A DNA stretch of 64,000 nucleotides from the NCBI GenBank assembly GCA_030066985.1, contig JASJAN010000002.1:122531-186530 (forward strand), written 5' to 3'. Position 1 is the stretch's first letter; each line of letters starts with the position of its first letter. The DNA comes from Desulfobacterales bacterium. GTDB taxonomy: Bacteria > Desulfobacterota > Desulfobacteria > Desulfobacterales > JAHEIW01. Both the position numbers and the translations under genes were made by a program. Shown here in pieces: positions 29,886 through 39,980 of the stretch. Under the pieces are notes generated by a model, which saw nothing but the letters and a program-made list of their open reading frames with translations, did no database searches and had not been told where the DNA came from.

Positions 29886-30888
29886 CATCCTTTATTTTAA
29901 ATTCTTCTTCTCTGGCAATATTTTCGCCTCTTTTTACACACTGGCTGATGGCCGGCTGGGTGATCCCGATTCGTCTGGCAAGCTCAGTGGCGCTGATGCC
30001 TAACTCACGCACTGCCCAATAGCACAGCAAACTGCGGGCTTTAACGGTTTGCGGATGTTTGCCTTTTTCCCATACCTGCTCAATTTTAACGCCGATTATA
30101 TCAGCCACTCGCTGGGCAAGTTGATCAACTGTAAATCCTTCAGCTTTCAGTTGATATTGGCGATCAAGTCTCTCCTGCGCCTTTTTTAAAACCTGTTCGA
30201 CAAAATCACTGTCACCCAGTATGCGCTCATCACTTTTTAAGTGACCATCGGTATGATCAAGGGCCTTGAACGCATGCCATCCGCCAACACTCCGAATCAA
30301 ACCACCACCGACCAGCTCGGATCGGCGGCCCTGATTTACACCCTTTTTGACAAACTTACGATATCTCTTGCGGGCCTTAGACGCTTTTTTCCCAAACAGC
30401 TTTAGGGTTTCATCCACTGATTGCCAATCATTTTGATAATGGCCCATCAGCACAGAGTGGCCACCATACGGGTATTCGTCTAATTTTTTTAAATTATATG
30501 CCTGATTTGCGCGTAATGGATTGAGGTGAATGTAACGCACAAGCTCCAGCAAATAGCTTTCTTCCTGGCACAAAATAGACTTATAACGGTTTTGAAACAA
30601 ATGCCCGCTTCTTTTGTGACGATGGTTAAAATTTACAGCATGGCTCGTCAGCAACCTTCGCATGATAGTGGCAATGGGGGTGAGGCTAGTTTTTAAGAGC
30701 AGATGAAAATGATTGGGGAGTAAAGCCCAGGCATAACAGGGGGTTTGGCTTTCGTTTAAGATATCACCCAGACGCTGGACAAAGCGTTTACGATCGGTAT
30801 TGTCTTTAAAAATATCCCGCTTTTCAATGCCGCGAACGATAATATGATGTAAGGCGCCTGGGGCATCTATGCGGGCTTTACGTGGCAT
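29881..30888 (-). CDS. IS200/IS605-like (RAYT-type) Y1 HUH transposase fused to a C-terminal DnaA-domain-IV-like HTH
   Basis: HUH motif (LPNHFHLLL) in the N-terminal half. The C-terminal segment (VKARSLLCYWAVRELGISATELARRIGITQPAISQCVKRGE) resembles DnaA-type HTH. Confidence 0.7.
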   Translation of the reverse strand: MPRKARIDAPGALHHIIVRGIEKRDIFKDNTDRKRFVQRLGDILNESQTPCYAWALLPNHFHLLLKTSLTPIATIMRRLLTSHAVNFNHRHKRSGHLFQNRYKSILCQEESYLLELVRYIHLNPLRANQAYNLKKLDEYPYGGHSVLMGHYQNDWQSVDETLKLFGKKASKARKRYRKFVKKGVNQGRRSELVGGGLIRSVGGWHAFKALDHTDGHLKSDERILGDSDFVEQVLKKAQERLDRQYQLKAEGFTVDQLAQRVADIIGVKIEQVWEKGKHPQTVKARSLLCYWAVRELGISATELARRIGITQPAISQCVKRGENIAREEEFKIKDA

Positions 30889-30920
30889 GCATTTAGATAT
30901 AGCAAATTTTAAATTGGAAA

Positions 30921-30952
30921 GAAACTTATAATTTTATGGGCGTCCCCCTACC
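30921..30952. repeat. REP-like unit, forward orientation
   Basis: GAAACTTATAATTTTATGGGCGTCCCCCTACC. Confidence 0.7.
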
Positions 30953-31136
30953 AAAAGCGGATATTTGGTTTGTTGTTTAGCTTTTTGGGCAAAATTTGTA
31001 ATTTAATGAACATATGTGCTACCATATATAAAGAAGTACACTGAGGAACGACATTCAGCGGTATTCTCATCCTACCTTTCTCATTCGATATAACCGCTAA
31101 AAACCAATTCAACATCAGGCCATAAGGAGGTTCGCT

Positions 31137-32864
31137 ATGCTACGACTGGTCTTTGCCGTTTTATTTATTCTTGGCATTACCCTCATCCCCAGATTAATCC
31201 CCAAAACCCGGCAAAAGCTAGTCGTCGACGAGGAAGGCAACAGCAAAAAGATCGACGAAGATAACCCGCTGCGCAAATACATTTTACCGTGCCAAATCGG
31301 TTGCGGTGTAATTGCGGCCTTTTTGATTTTCTCAACCTCTTTTGTGATCATCGATGCGGCCCGCATTGGTCACCTTAAACGAATTTATTTGGGCGAGCCC
31401 ATGCCGCCTGGACAAATTGTCGCCTTTAATGGCCAGAAGGGGCCCCAGGCAGAAATCCTGCCACCCGGCTTTCACTTCAGACTGCTGCTCAACGTGCTTT
31501 TTGATGTGGAAGAATACCCGGTCATTGACATCAAGGAAGGTACCTACGGCTATATGGTGGCCAAAGATGGCGCCCCACTCAGAGAAGGCCAATATCTGGC
31601 CGATTCATGGCCCAACGATCAGTTTCAAAAGATGCTCCAAGCCGAATATTTTTTAAAAACCGGCGGACAGAAAGGACCCCAGCTAACCGTCCTGCCGCCG
31701 GGCAAATACCGCTTAAATCAATACCTGTTTAATATTCAGCTAAACGAAGCCACCGATATACCGGCGGGTTTTGTGGGTGTTATCAAATCAAACGTGCAGG
31801 AAACCGAATCCTATGAGCTTGCGCAAATACCTTTCGAGCTTGAGGGGTCGCTGGCCGTTCCGCTGGTTACAAAAGGATCCGTCGGTGTCTGGGAAGATCC
31901 CCTGCAGCCCGGCCGCTATTATCTGAACCGTACCGCTTATAACGTTACGGTGGTTGATACCCGGGTGCAGACCTGGAACTATAAAGGCGGCTACAGTCGC
32001 CGCTATATTGACCTGCAGGTCACCCAGGACGGCAAAATTGAGCAAAAAGAGCGCTCGGAAACCGTTTCCATTCCAGAAGATGCCGCCGATTCAGCCATTT
32101 TTACCCGTATGGAAGGCTGGCTGGTACCCCAGGAGCTGCGCATACAGGTACAGGTGGAGCCCAAAGATGCCCCGTTTCTGGTGGCCTCGGTCGGCAATGT
32201 CGCTGCCGCGGAAGACAAGGTGGTCACCCCATCCATCCGTTCGGTGGTCAGAAATATTTGCGCAGCAGAAAGAGTGCTGAGCCTGATCGACGAAAACCGG
32301 GCGGCTGTAGAGCAGCGAATTGAAGCATCGGTTATTCCTGAAGGCAAAAAAGCCGGTGTCACGATCAAAGACGTGCGCCTGGTGGATTCGGTGGTGCCGC
32401 CTGAGCTTTTGGTGGCCCGGCTGCGGGAGCAACTGGCCGAGCAGCTCCAGGAGACCTTCAAACGCGAAAGAGAGGCTCAGGATCAGCGTATTCAAACTCA
32501 AAAAGCCCGCGCAACAGCCGATCAGCAGCCTGAGCTGGTGGCGGCTGAGATCCGGGTGAAAATCGCTGAAAAAGATAAACTGGCCGCTAAGCTGGAAGGC
32601 GAGGGGCAAAAATTGAAGCTGATTGAAATTGCAACCGGCCAGAAGGCCCAGTCTACTGTGTTGGGTCAGGAGCGCGTCATGCAGCTTGCCGTATTGGAAA
32701 AAGTGCTGAACGCGGCAGTTGAAAATCCTGAAATCGTTAAAATACCAACAACACTGGTCACCGGATCAACCGGTGGTTTTGAAGGCGCGGCCGCCATTCT
32801 CGGCGCCAGCAATATCGCCAGCGGTATACCGCAAAAACAAGAAGCTGCCAAAGCACCGCAATAG
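31137..32864 (+). CDS. flotillin/SPFH-like membrane protein (N-terminal TM, SPFH-like core, long C-terminal coiled coil)
   Basis: 575 aa. An N-terminal hydrophobic helix is followed by the coiled-coil heptad region (LREQLAEQLQETFKREREAQDQRIQTQKARA ...). Overall similarity to bacterial flotillin-type proteins is by pattern only. Confidence 0.5.
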   Translation: MLRLVFAVLFILGITLIPRLIPKTRQKLVVDEEGNSKKIDEDNPLRKYILPCQIGCGVIAAFLIFSTSFVIIDAARIGHLKRIYLGEPMPPGQIVAFNGQKGPQAEILPPGFHFRLLLNVLFDVEEYPVIDIKEGTYGYMVAKDGAPLREGQYLADSWPNDQFQKMLQAEYFLKTGGQKGPQLTVLPPGKYRLNQYLFNIQLNEATDIPAGFVGVIKSNVQETESYELAQIPFELEGSLAVPLVTKGSVGVWEDPLQPGRYYLNRTAYNVTVVDTRVQTWNYKGGYSRRYIDLQVTQDGKIEQKERSETVSIPEDAADSAIFTRMEGWLVPQELRIQVQVEPKDAPFLVASVGNVAAAEDKVVTPSIRSVVRNICAAERVLSLIDENRAAVEQRIEASVIPEGKKAGVTIKDVRLVDSVVPPELLVARLREQLAEQLQETFKREREAQDQRIQTQKARATADQQPELVAAEIRVKIAEKDKLAAKLEGEGQKLKLIEIATGQKAQSTVLGQERVMQLAVLEKVLNAAVENPEIVKIPTTLVTGSTGGFEGAAAILGASNIASGIPQKQEAAKAPQ

Positions 32865-32977
32865 AGCACCCGGGCTGAATAAGCCCTTGGTAAAAATAAT
32901 TAAAGCTACGTCTAAGGGTCTTGCATCTATGCTTGCTTTGTAGAGTGCAGATTAATTTATAGGTAACATTGCGCTTA

Positions 32978-33015
32978 CTAGAATCTTATAATTTTATGGG
33001 CGTCCCCCTAGTTTT
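32978..33015. repeat. REP-like unit (CTAGAATCTTATAATTTTATGGGCGTCCCCCTAGTTTTT)
   Basis: Near-identical to 58525-58563. Confidence 0.7.
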
Positions 33016-33065
33016 TCCTTCAATGTAATATTTTTCAAATTAAAGAATACCTATATCAATCTCAA

Positions 33066-33584
33066 TTATTTGGAGAATAGTCCGCGAAAACCCTTCTTAC
33101 GGATATGTTCTTCTAAACTGAGCAACTTAGTTTTGGGATTATATTTTTTTAAAAGTTTTATTAGATGGGAAAATGATTTAATGGCTTGTCCTTTTAATAT
33201 CAAACACTGTTTTTCCTCTAAATCTGTAACATGAATAGAAGAATACTGATTTTCACCTTTATAATAGAAGTAATATGCCTTGAAAGTGTATATTCTCCAA
33301 GGAAAAGCTTCTTTTTTTTTAAACCATTTCCAAAATACTCCTCCATGTTCAACTATTAGTCTGTCTTCTTTAATAAGTATTTTACCAAATACTATTTTAA
33401 AGTAGCAATCAAAAAGCAACATTATAAATAAAGCAACCAGTATTCCAGCAAATAATTTATTTTCGGAAGCACATCCTACAAGAATAGGTAAGGTCACCGC
33501 GACAAATAAAAATATAGCATATATTTTTCTCCAAAGTGTGTATTGAAAAACGACGGTTTTTTTCTCAGATATTTTCTTAATCAT
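33066..33584 (-). CDS. putative immunity protein for the RHS toxin (small multi-TM membrane protein, AT-rich gene)
   Basis: Starts 24 nt downstream of the RHS stop on the same strand. GC is markedly lower than the flank. Two to three TM helices. Confidence 0.5.
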   Translation of the reverse strand: MIKKISEKKTVVFQYTLWRKIYAIFLFVAVTLPILVGCASENKLFAGILVALFIMLLFDCYFKIVFGKILIKEDRLIVEHGGVFWKWFKKKEAFPWRIYTFKAYYFYYKGENQYSSIHVTDLEEKQCLILKGQAIKSFSHLIKLLKKYNPKTKLLSLEEHIRKKGFRGLFSK

Positions 33585-33607
33585 TTATTTACAAATTTGC
33601 TTAAAAT

Positions 33608-36600
33608 TTAGCGAATATGTTTAGTTATCTTTTGTGCCATTGGAACGTGCTTTGGTAAAGTTGACACTGGTTCCTTTGCATAGAGGTGCATTAGTAGCCT
33701 AGTGATGATTTCTAATCGTTTCGGGTCTTGAAGGCCTAAATATGCTCCACCGGCTAAAACCCCAGCTGTTTTATACCAGGTATTTGGTGTCCAGAGTACA
33801 GCAAGGGACAGTCCCGCACCATAGGCTAACTTTTCATACCATTTATCGGCGTCGACTAATTTATCTGCATACCAATTTGCTGCATAGTCACCAAAACCTG
33901 TCCCGAAGTAATATCCCTTATAAATTCTATCTATTGCTTCACTAAAGGTACCATCACTTATATGACCTTGGGAGACAATATTGGCACTGTAGTAATCGGA
34001 TTTATAATCAAAATTACCACCATAAGTTTGTGAATAATTAACAAATGGCGCTGATCCATCAAATGTTGTTCCGAATGAACTATTGCCGAATTGGTTTGAT
34101 GATGCGAATCCAACACTATTTAAGCTGACGCCATTTTTAGATGAAGAGCCTCCATCTTTGATGGCGTTTTCGACTTTATCCCCTGCAAAATCACCGGCTA
34201 AATAGGATACCGAGGCGATGCCAGCTTGAATCGCTAACCCAAGACCTGGGACGGCTATATCAAATACGCTAAATATAATATTTGTGAGAACAACACTGGT
34301 AACATTTGTCGTTACAAATTTTGTCGCATCATCAGCAAATCCCTTCACTTTGTCCCATAAATTGCTGAAAAACCCGTACCCCGAAGGATCAATGTAGATT
34401 AACGGGTTGTTGCGACAGTAGCTGTAGCGATTGAGCGTCTGGGGATCAAAAGGCGCCTGGACAAACGGATCTGCGCTGATAAAACGGCCGATGACCGGAT
34501 CATAAAGCCTGGCGTTGTAATTGTAAAGACCGGATTCGGGGTCAAATTCCTGGTCAGTGTACTTGTAATCGGAAACCTCCGTCCCGCTGTGACTGCGCAG
34601 CGCGCCAAAAGGCATATACGATGACGACTCCACCATCTCACCGGCAGCATCGGTCATCACCGTGGAGCTGCCCAGATGGTCCTTATGAAAATAGCTGGTC
34701 TCAGCACCTTTAATCATCGCAACCCGCAGATTGCCGGCGAAGATGTATTTAGTGGCTACGCCGTTTTTGATCTCAAAATGAGCGCCGATGTAATAGGTGG
34801 TGCTGCCGCCGCCGATAACCTTTTTGGCCCGCACACCGTCACCGTCATAGGTAAAATCAGTGGTGACCTGGCTTCCGCCCTTAGCGTGCACGATACGGGT
34901 GACCATGTTGTCCGCATTGTAGCTGATGCTGCGGGTGGCCACCTGGGCCGGATCGCTAAAGTCTGGCCCGCTGATCATGTTGCCGTTGTCGTCGTATTCA
35001 TATTGAAAGTCGAAACCATTGACGTCGATGGTTTTAACCGCATGCTTGTGCCAAGTGTCATAGGTGTAGTCAAAGGAGCGGTTGCCGATGGTTTTGGCGG
35101 TTAAATTTCCGGTGGCGCCGTAGGTGTAGCTGATCGGATCATAAGCGCCGGTATTGGTTTCAGATTTGAGCCGGTGCAGTTTGTCGTAGGTGCAGTAAAA
35201 GCTGACCCCTTCGATATTGTTGGTCATTTCTTTGATGTTGCCCGCCGGTGTATAGGCATATGTTTTGTTCTGATAATACGGTTCGGGCGTCGGCGCGGGC
35301 ACCCCTATCCCCGTCATGGATGCAGATTGACTCGCACTGCCAACCCCAATTGACGCGCTGGCGGATTGATTGCCGACCACCTGCGGCCCCTGGGTGACAA
35401 TCGACATCAGGCGGGTGGATTCCGGATCGTAGGCATATTCCGTAGTAACCGTGTTGCGATAATCAATTCGGCCGATTTTACCGGTGGGCGTATAATTTGA
35501 CATATATGCCAGCAGGCTGGATTGTGGGTCTCTGACGGCTTCAAGCAAACCGCTTTTCGGATGGTAGGTATTGGTCAGTTGATAACCATCCGGATAAGCG
35601 GTGTTTATGAGCTTGCCGGACAGATCGTAGGTGTATTGAGTGGTATAGGTGGCGGCATCTCCGGCAATGGTTTTAGAAAAACTTTTAATGTTGCCGATCT
35701 CGTCATAGGCGTTATAGATGGTGGTTGCATGCGCGTTGGATGCCGCATACAGACGACCTCTTCCATGAGCAATGTCAAGGTTGTCGTAGGTGTAGGTAAC
35801 GGTTGGGTCATTTGTTGAGTAGGTTTTTGAAATGATCCGATTTAGCACGTCATAGTTAAATGATATTGTCTGCAGTTTTTCATCGATTTGGGTGATCAAA
35901 TTGCCGTTTGAGTCATAGGTATATTCCCAGTAGCCCATGTCCGGGTCATTCATGCTGATTTTTCGGCCCAGTGTATCATAATCGATGGTGGTTGTGTTGC
36001 TGTAATGGTCATTGACGGTCAGCAGGTCCCCGGCGGCATTATAGGCATAGCGGGTGACATAGTCCTGCTGATCGGCATGCTCGACGACCTCAACCACCCG
36101 CCCCAGATAATCTTTGCGCTCGGTTTTACGGCTGCCGTCCGGATCGGTGACGGTTGCTGACAGGCCGTTGTAGTCAAACGTGGTGACAACCGAGCCATAT
36201 TCACCATCGGCGCTTTCAACGGCTTCCGGCCGGCCGCGAAGATCAAAAGTGATCTGCTGCCAGGGATAAGCATCGGAAGGACTTAAAGGATAATCCACAC
36301 CGGCGGCAAAAAACGGGCCTTCGGCCAGATCGTTGCGCCCCAGGGCATCATAAAACTTTTTGGTGACAATGGACTTGCCGGCCTCGCCAAAGGAGATCGT
36401 CTGAATTTCCCGGCCCAGCCCGTCAACATATTGATAGGTATCGATGGTGCTGCCGGATGGGTCTTCTTTGACTTTGGTGACCACATAGCGGGGAAATTCA
36501 GTATCGACATATTCGGTGGTCACCTGCCCGCCATTGGGAAAATCCACCTGCACCAGCCGCCCGAATTCATCGTAAGCATATTCGGTTGGGTTACCGTTTT

Positions 36601-39600
36601 CGTCTCTGGTGGTGATCACTTTGCCAAAGCGGTAATCCCAGGCTTCGTTTTCAACGATGTGAGAAATGCCGTTGGTTTCAGGATAAATTATTTTTACGGG
36701 AAAGGTATAGGTGATGGTATCGTATTCAGTGGCGGTGATGTTCCCTCTGGCGTCTTTAACCGTTTGCTGATTGCCGTACGGGTCATAGGTCATCTCGAGC
36801 CTGGGGTTGTCACCATCACTCAACCAGAATACTTTGTACAATAAATTGCCGGTATCGGATTCATAGCCGTAATAGGCTTCGCGCACCTTGCCGCTGCTAC
36901 TGCCTTCAATGGTTTCCTGCGTTGGGCGCCATGTCCAGTTTCCAAAATTTGAATACTGGTAGGTGGATGTCAGCGTCTCACCATCGGTGCCGGATATGGT
37001 TTTTGAAAGCAGATTTCCATTGGCACTATTGTATTGATAAATTTCTTGGCGGGTTGTTGTCGCACCATCATATGATTCGGCGATTTTTTGCTGCAGGTAG
37101 ACAAAACAATGCGCGGCATAAGGCAAATTTGCCGCTACATAAGATTCCACAAACCATGAGAAAGCTGTCTTGGACAGCAGCGCGCCGGTTTCACCGGGCT
37201 CTTTGAACTCAACCTGAGATGGTCTGCCTTTAAGATATTCGTCTTGATGAAATTGTGTAAGTGTGACGGTTTCATGCGGCGTACCCGGTGCGCTGGTCTG
37301 CACGGCGGTATGAAACCCTCTGAATTCCCTGCTTTCAATATCATAGCGCCCCCCCGTATAGCTGAACGCCGTACCGGCCAAATTGTCCAATCCGTCGTTT
37401 ACGGTTATTTCCGAGACCGGATGCAAGACAAAGGGCAAAAAATCGTTGGCATAATGTGAAGAGGGCAGATAATCAATGGCGGTTGACCCGCCGGCGCCAT
37501 TATCAACTTGAGCCAGCAGATCCGGATAAGATCCGCCGGCCATCAAGACAAACCAATTGCCGGAATTATTGGGACCGATAACAATATCGTGCATACCGTC
37601 TCCATTCACATCCATGGGACGGACATGAGCTGCCTTTTCTTTTTTCCGCCAGCTGTCGTAAAGGCCTTTAAGTTTCCATTCGGTCTTGTTGATAAAACTG
37701 CTTCCGGTGGACATCAAGATGTACCACTCCCCGGAGCCATTGGGACCCAATACGATATCCTGCATCCCGTCTCCATTGACGTCAGCAGAACGAATGCGGT
37801 AATTTTTCCAGCCGCCGAAGCTGTTTGTCATCCAGGCGCCTTCATCTGAAAAACTATCGCCGGTGGAAAGCAGCACATACCAGTTGCCCGATCCGCTGGG
37901 CCCGATGACCAAATCCGCAAATCCATCACCGTTGGCATCCATAGGCCGTATTTTTGCCGCATTATCATACCAGTTGCCGTAAGCACCGGTTATCCAGGCC
38001 CCATCATCTACAAAATCCGTGCCTGTTGAGCGCAGTACATACCAGTTGCCCGACTTATTCGGACCGATGACAATGTCCACCATGCCATCGGCATTAACAT
38101 CCATAGGGCGTATGCGGTCCGCATTATCATGCCAGCCACCGTAGGCGCCGGTTAGCCAGACCCCATCATCTACAAATTGCGTGCCCGTTGAGCGCAACAC
38201 AAACCAATCACCGTACTTATTCGGACCGATGACAATGTCCGTCATGCCATCGGCATTGACATCCACGGGGCGTATGCGATTCGCATTATCATGCCAGCCG
38301 CCGTAAGCACCGGCTATCCAGGCCCCATCATCTACAAAATCCGTGCCTGTTGAGCGCAGCACAAACCATTTACCGGACTTGTTCGGACCGATGACAATGT
38401 CCATCATGCCATCGGCATTGACATCCATGGCGCGAATACGGTCAGGATTATCTTTCCAGTTCTTATAGGCACCCTCAATCCAGGCACCATCGTTGATCAT
38501 TTGATTTTCGGCGGATCTCAGCACAAACCATTTACCGGAACCGCTCGGGCCGATCACAATATCCTGTCTGCCATCGGCATTGACGTCCATCGGCCGAATA
38601 AGACCCGGGTCATCAGCAAAATTCTTATAGCCTGACTCAATCCAGTTAGACCCCAAATTTTCAAAACCGGCTTCCTTTGTTGTGTAGGTAAATTCGGTTT
38701 GGGGCTGCGACGTTTGCCCGTCACTGCCATACTGGGTTACCGCGTGAAGCAGCGAACGCGAAGTGCTTGGGTTCTGGTCCTTGTAAGTCAATTGATAGCG
38801 GCCTGCCAGTTGCCCGTTTGCATGTACCTCGATCGCCTCAAGTATTTTAGCGGTGGTCACCTTAAAGCGGGCCGTGTAGCGATCGACAACATCGGGTCGA
38901 CCGGCCAGATAAAATTTGACGGTATTTGCCGGCGCCAGGTTTCCGTTACCGGTGTAATCAATCTGATCCGGATAAATTTGACCCAGTTCTTTTGTATAGG
39001 CAACGGTCATAAAGTTTCCGTTGCTGTCTTCCACCCTGTCCAAACACCATTTAAACACACGGCTGCTATCATCAGGATCAACCTGCCGCGAAGCAGAGCT
39101 GGTCCCATAAAAATATCGGGTGCCATTTTTGCCGGTAACTTCCCAGCCCGCATCGCCTTTATATTGATATTTGGTGAAACGACTTTCGATTTTGGCGCCG
39201 TAGTAGTCCGATCCCCATTCGTGCCTTTCCACAAGCTCGGATGAAGAGCCATTTATTAAAACGACAAAATCGTTGCCGCCATAATCAACCCCATGCCGGG
39301 TTGACCGCTGAATGGCCACCAGATCCAGGTCCCAGCCAACACCTACCCAGCCGTTTTTCAGGTAGCTGTTGTAAATCAAAGCCAGTTTCGGCTGGATACC
39401 CAACCTTCCGGGCGGTACAAAGATTGGAATTTTTCCGGCGGCTGCTCCGGTAAATTGAAACGTATCGACCGTGAGCGCTGACAAGGCTATTGATTTGCCG
39501 CCAGCATCATTTGAGCCGGGTAAGTCCTGATATGAAGATGTGGCTGCCGCTTGAACGGATTGCACTGATTCATCAGATGACACCTCACCCTGGCTTGTTT

Positions 39601-39799
39601 CGGTTTTTTTATCGGAAGTTATCGATGCAAATACGGCAGGTTCTGAGACGGGTTCAGGTGTCGAAATTAAATTTGGGTCGGTTTCTTGTGGGACAACGGT
39701 GCTGTCATCGGCAATTGATGCTTTTGATGAAATTAAGATTAGGACAAAAATACAAAAAATACCAAAAAAAGCCCTGCCGCCCCCTTTAAATAGCTTCAT
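33608..39799 (-). CDS. 2063-aa secreted SpvB-domain / FG-GAP beta-propeller / RHS(YD)-repeat fusion protein (Tc toxin BC-like or teneurin-like polymorphic toxin) with C-terminal variable toxin domain
   Basis: Signal peptide. SpvB-type N-terminal region (IPIFVPPGRLGIQPKLALIYNSYLKNGWVGVGWDL). About 7 FG-GAP repeats (MDVNADGMxDIVIGPNKSGxWFVLRS). Many YD/RHS repeats. RHS core ending NNPLIYIDPSGY at about 34379-34412, followed by an approximately 255-aa hydrophobic/Gly-rich C-terminal domain. Confidence 0.85.
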   Translation of the reverse strand: MKLFKGGGRAFFGIFCIFVLILISSKASIADDSTVVPQETDPNLISTPEPVSEPAVFASITSDKKTETSQGEVSSDESVQSVQAAATSSYQDLPGSNDAGGKSIALSALTVDTFQFTGAAAGKIPIFVPPGRLGIQPKLALIYNSYLKNGWVGVGWDLDLVAIQRSTRHGVDYGGNDFVVLINGSSSELVERHEWGSDYYGAKIESRFTKYQYKGDAGWEVTGKNGTRYFYGTSSASRQVDPDDSSRVFKWCLDRVEDSNGNFMTVAYTKELGQIYPDQIDYTGNGNLAPANTVKFYLAGRPDVVDRYTARFKVTTAKILEAIEVHANGQLAGRYQLTYKDQNPSTSRSLLHAVTQYGSDGQTSQPQTEFTYTTKEAGFENLGSNWIESGYKNFADDPGLIRPMDVNADGRQDIVIGPSGSGKWFVLRSAENQMINDGAWIEGAYKNWKDNPDRIRAMDVNADGMMDIVIGPNKSGKWFVLRSTGTDFVDDGAWIAGAYGGWHDNANRIRPVDVNADGMTDIVIGPNKYGDWFVLRSTGTQFVDDGVWLTGAYGGWHDNADRIRPMDVNADGMVDIVIGPNKSGNWYVLRSTGTDFVDDGAWITGAYGNWYDNAAKIRPMDANGDGFADLVIGPSGSGNWYVLLSTGDSFSDEGAWMTNSFGGWKNYRIRSADVNGDGMQDIVLGPNGSGEWYILMSTGSSFINKTEWKLKGLYDSWRKKEKAAHVRPMDVNGDGMHDIVIGPNNSGNWFVLMAGGSYPDLLAQVDNGAGGSTAIDYLPSSHYANDFLPFVLHPVSEITVNDGLDNLAGTAFSYTGGRYDIESREFRGFHTAVQTSAPGTPHETVTLTQFHQDEYLKGRPSQVEFKEPGETGALLSKTAFSWFVESYVAANLPYAAHCFVYLQQKIAESYDGATTTRQEIYQYNSANGNLLSKTISGTDGETLTSTYQYSNFGNWTWRPTQETIEGSSSGKVREAYYGYESDTGNLLYKVFWLSDGDNPRLEMTYDPYGNQQTVKDARGNITATEYDTITYTFPVKIIYPETNGISHIVENEAWDYRFGKVITTRDENGNPTEYAYDEFGRLVQVDFPNGGQVTTEYVDTEFPRYVVTKVKEDPSGSTIDTYQYVDGLGREIQTISFGEAGKSIVTKKFYDALGRNDLAEGPFFAAGVDYPLSPSDAYPWQQITFDLRGRPEAVESADGEYGSVVTTFDYNGLSATVTDPDGSRKTERKDYLGRVVEVVEHADQQDYVTRYAYNAAGDLLTVNDHYSNTTTIDYDTLGRKISMNDPDMGYWEYTYDSNGNLITQIDEKLQTISFNYDVLNRIISKTYSTNDPTVTYTYDNLDIAHGRGRLYAASNAHATTIYNAYDEIGNIKSFSKTIAGDAATYTTQYTYDLSGKLINTAYPDGYQLTNTYHPKSGLLEAVRDPQSSLLAYMSNYTPTGKIGRIDYRNTVTTEYAYDPESTRLMSIVTQGPQVVGNQSASASIGVGSASQSASMTGIGVPAPTPEPYYQNKTYAYTPAGNIKEMTNNIEGVSFYCTYDKLHRLKSETNTGAYDPISYTYGATGNLTAKTIGNRSFDYTYDTWHKHAVKTIDVNGFDFQYEYDDNGNMISGPDFSDPAQVATRSISYNADNMVTRIVHAKGGSQVTTDFTYDGDGVRAKKVIGGGSTTYYIGAHFEIKNGVATKYIFAGNLRVAMIKGAETSYFHKDHLGSSTVMTDAAGEMVESSSYMPFGALRSHSGTEVSDYKYTDQEFDPESGLYNYNARLYDPVIGRFISADPFVQAPFDPQTLNRYSYCRNNPLIYIDPSGYGFFSNLWDKVKGFADDATKFVTTNVTSVVLTNIIFSVFDIAVPGLGLAIQAGIASVSYLAGDFAGDKVENAIKDGGSSSKNGVSLNSVGFASSNQFGNSSFGTTFDGSAPFVNYSQTYGGNFDYKSDYYSANIVSQGHISDGTFSEAIDRIYKGYYFGTGFGDYAANWYADKLVDADKWYEKLAYGAGLSLAVLWTPNTWYKTAGVLAGGAYLGLQDPKRLEIITRLLMHLYAKEPVSTLPKHVPMAQKITKHIR

Positions 39800-39930
39800 T
39801 CATGCTCCCCCTTCAGCAGAAATAAAGTTACCCCTACAGCTAAGCTTTACTCAGGTGTGAATTTGTGGCGGAATTCTAGCAAAATAAACAAATTGGATCA
39901 AGCTAAAAATAGTAATATTTTCAATATTTT

Positions 39931-39980
39931 ACATTACTTTACAGCATTTGACAGCATTTGACAGCATTTGACAATTTGGC
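39931..39980. repeat. tandem 10-bp repeat (ACAGCATTTG x3 perfect plus two degenerate flanking copies), 130 bp upstream of the RHS gene start
   Basis: Direct reading of ACAGCATTTGACAGCATTTGACAGCATTTGACAATTTGGC. Confidence 0.6.

Larger units (their letters stand above)
29811..30952 (-). mobile_element. REPtron: Y1 (HUH) transposase gene flanked by inverted REP-like repeats
   Basis: Two tandem repeat copies at 29811-29845 and 29851-29885 and one inverted copy at 30921-30952 bracket the transposase CDS. Confidence 0.65.

Noticed and set aside
33742-39453. Many plus-strand ORFs (for example 34676-35104, 36431-36844, 38699-39244) inside the RHS gene
   Set aside because: Antisense to a well-supported 6.2-kb CDS. 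Repetitive GC-rich sequence generates long spurious frames.
39931-39980. Possible CRISPR array
   Set aside because: Units are 10 bp, directly abutting with no spacers. This is a simple tandem repeat, not CRISPR.
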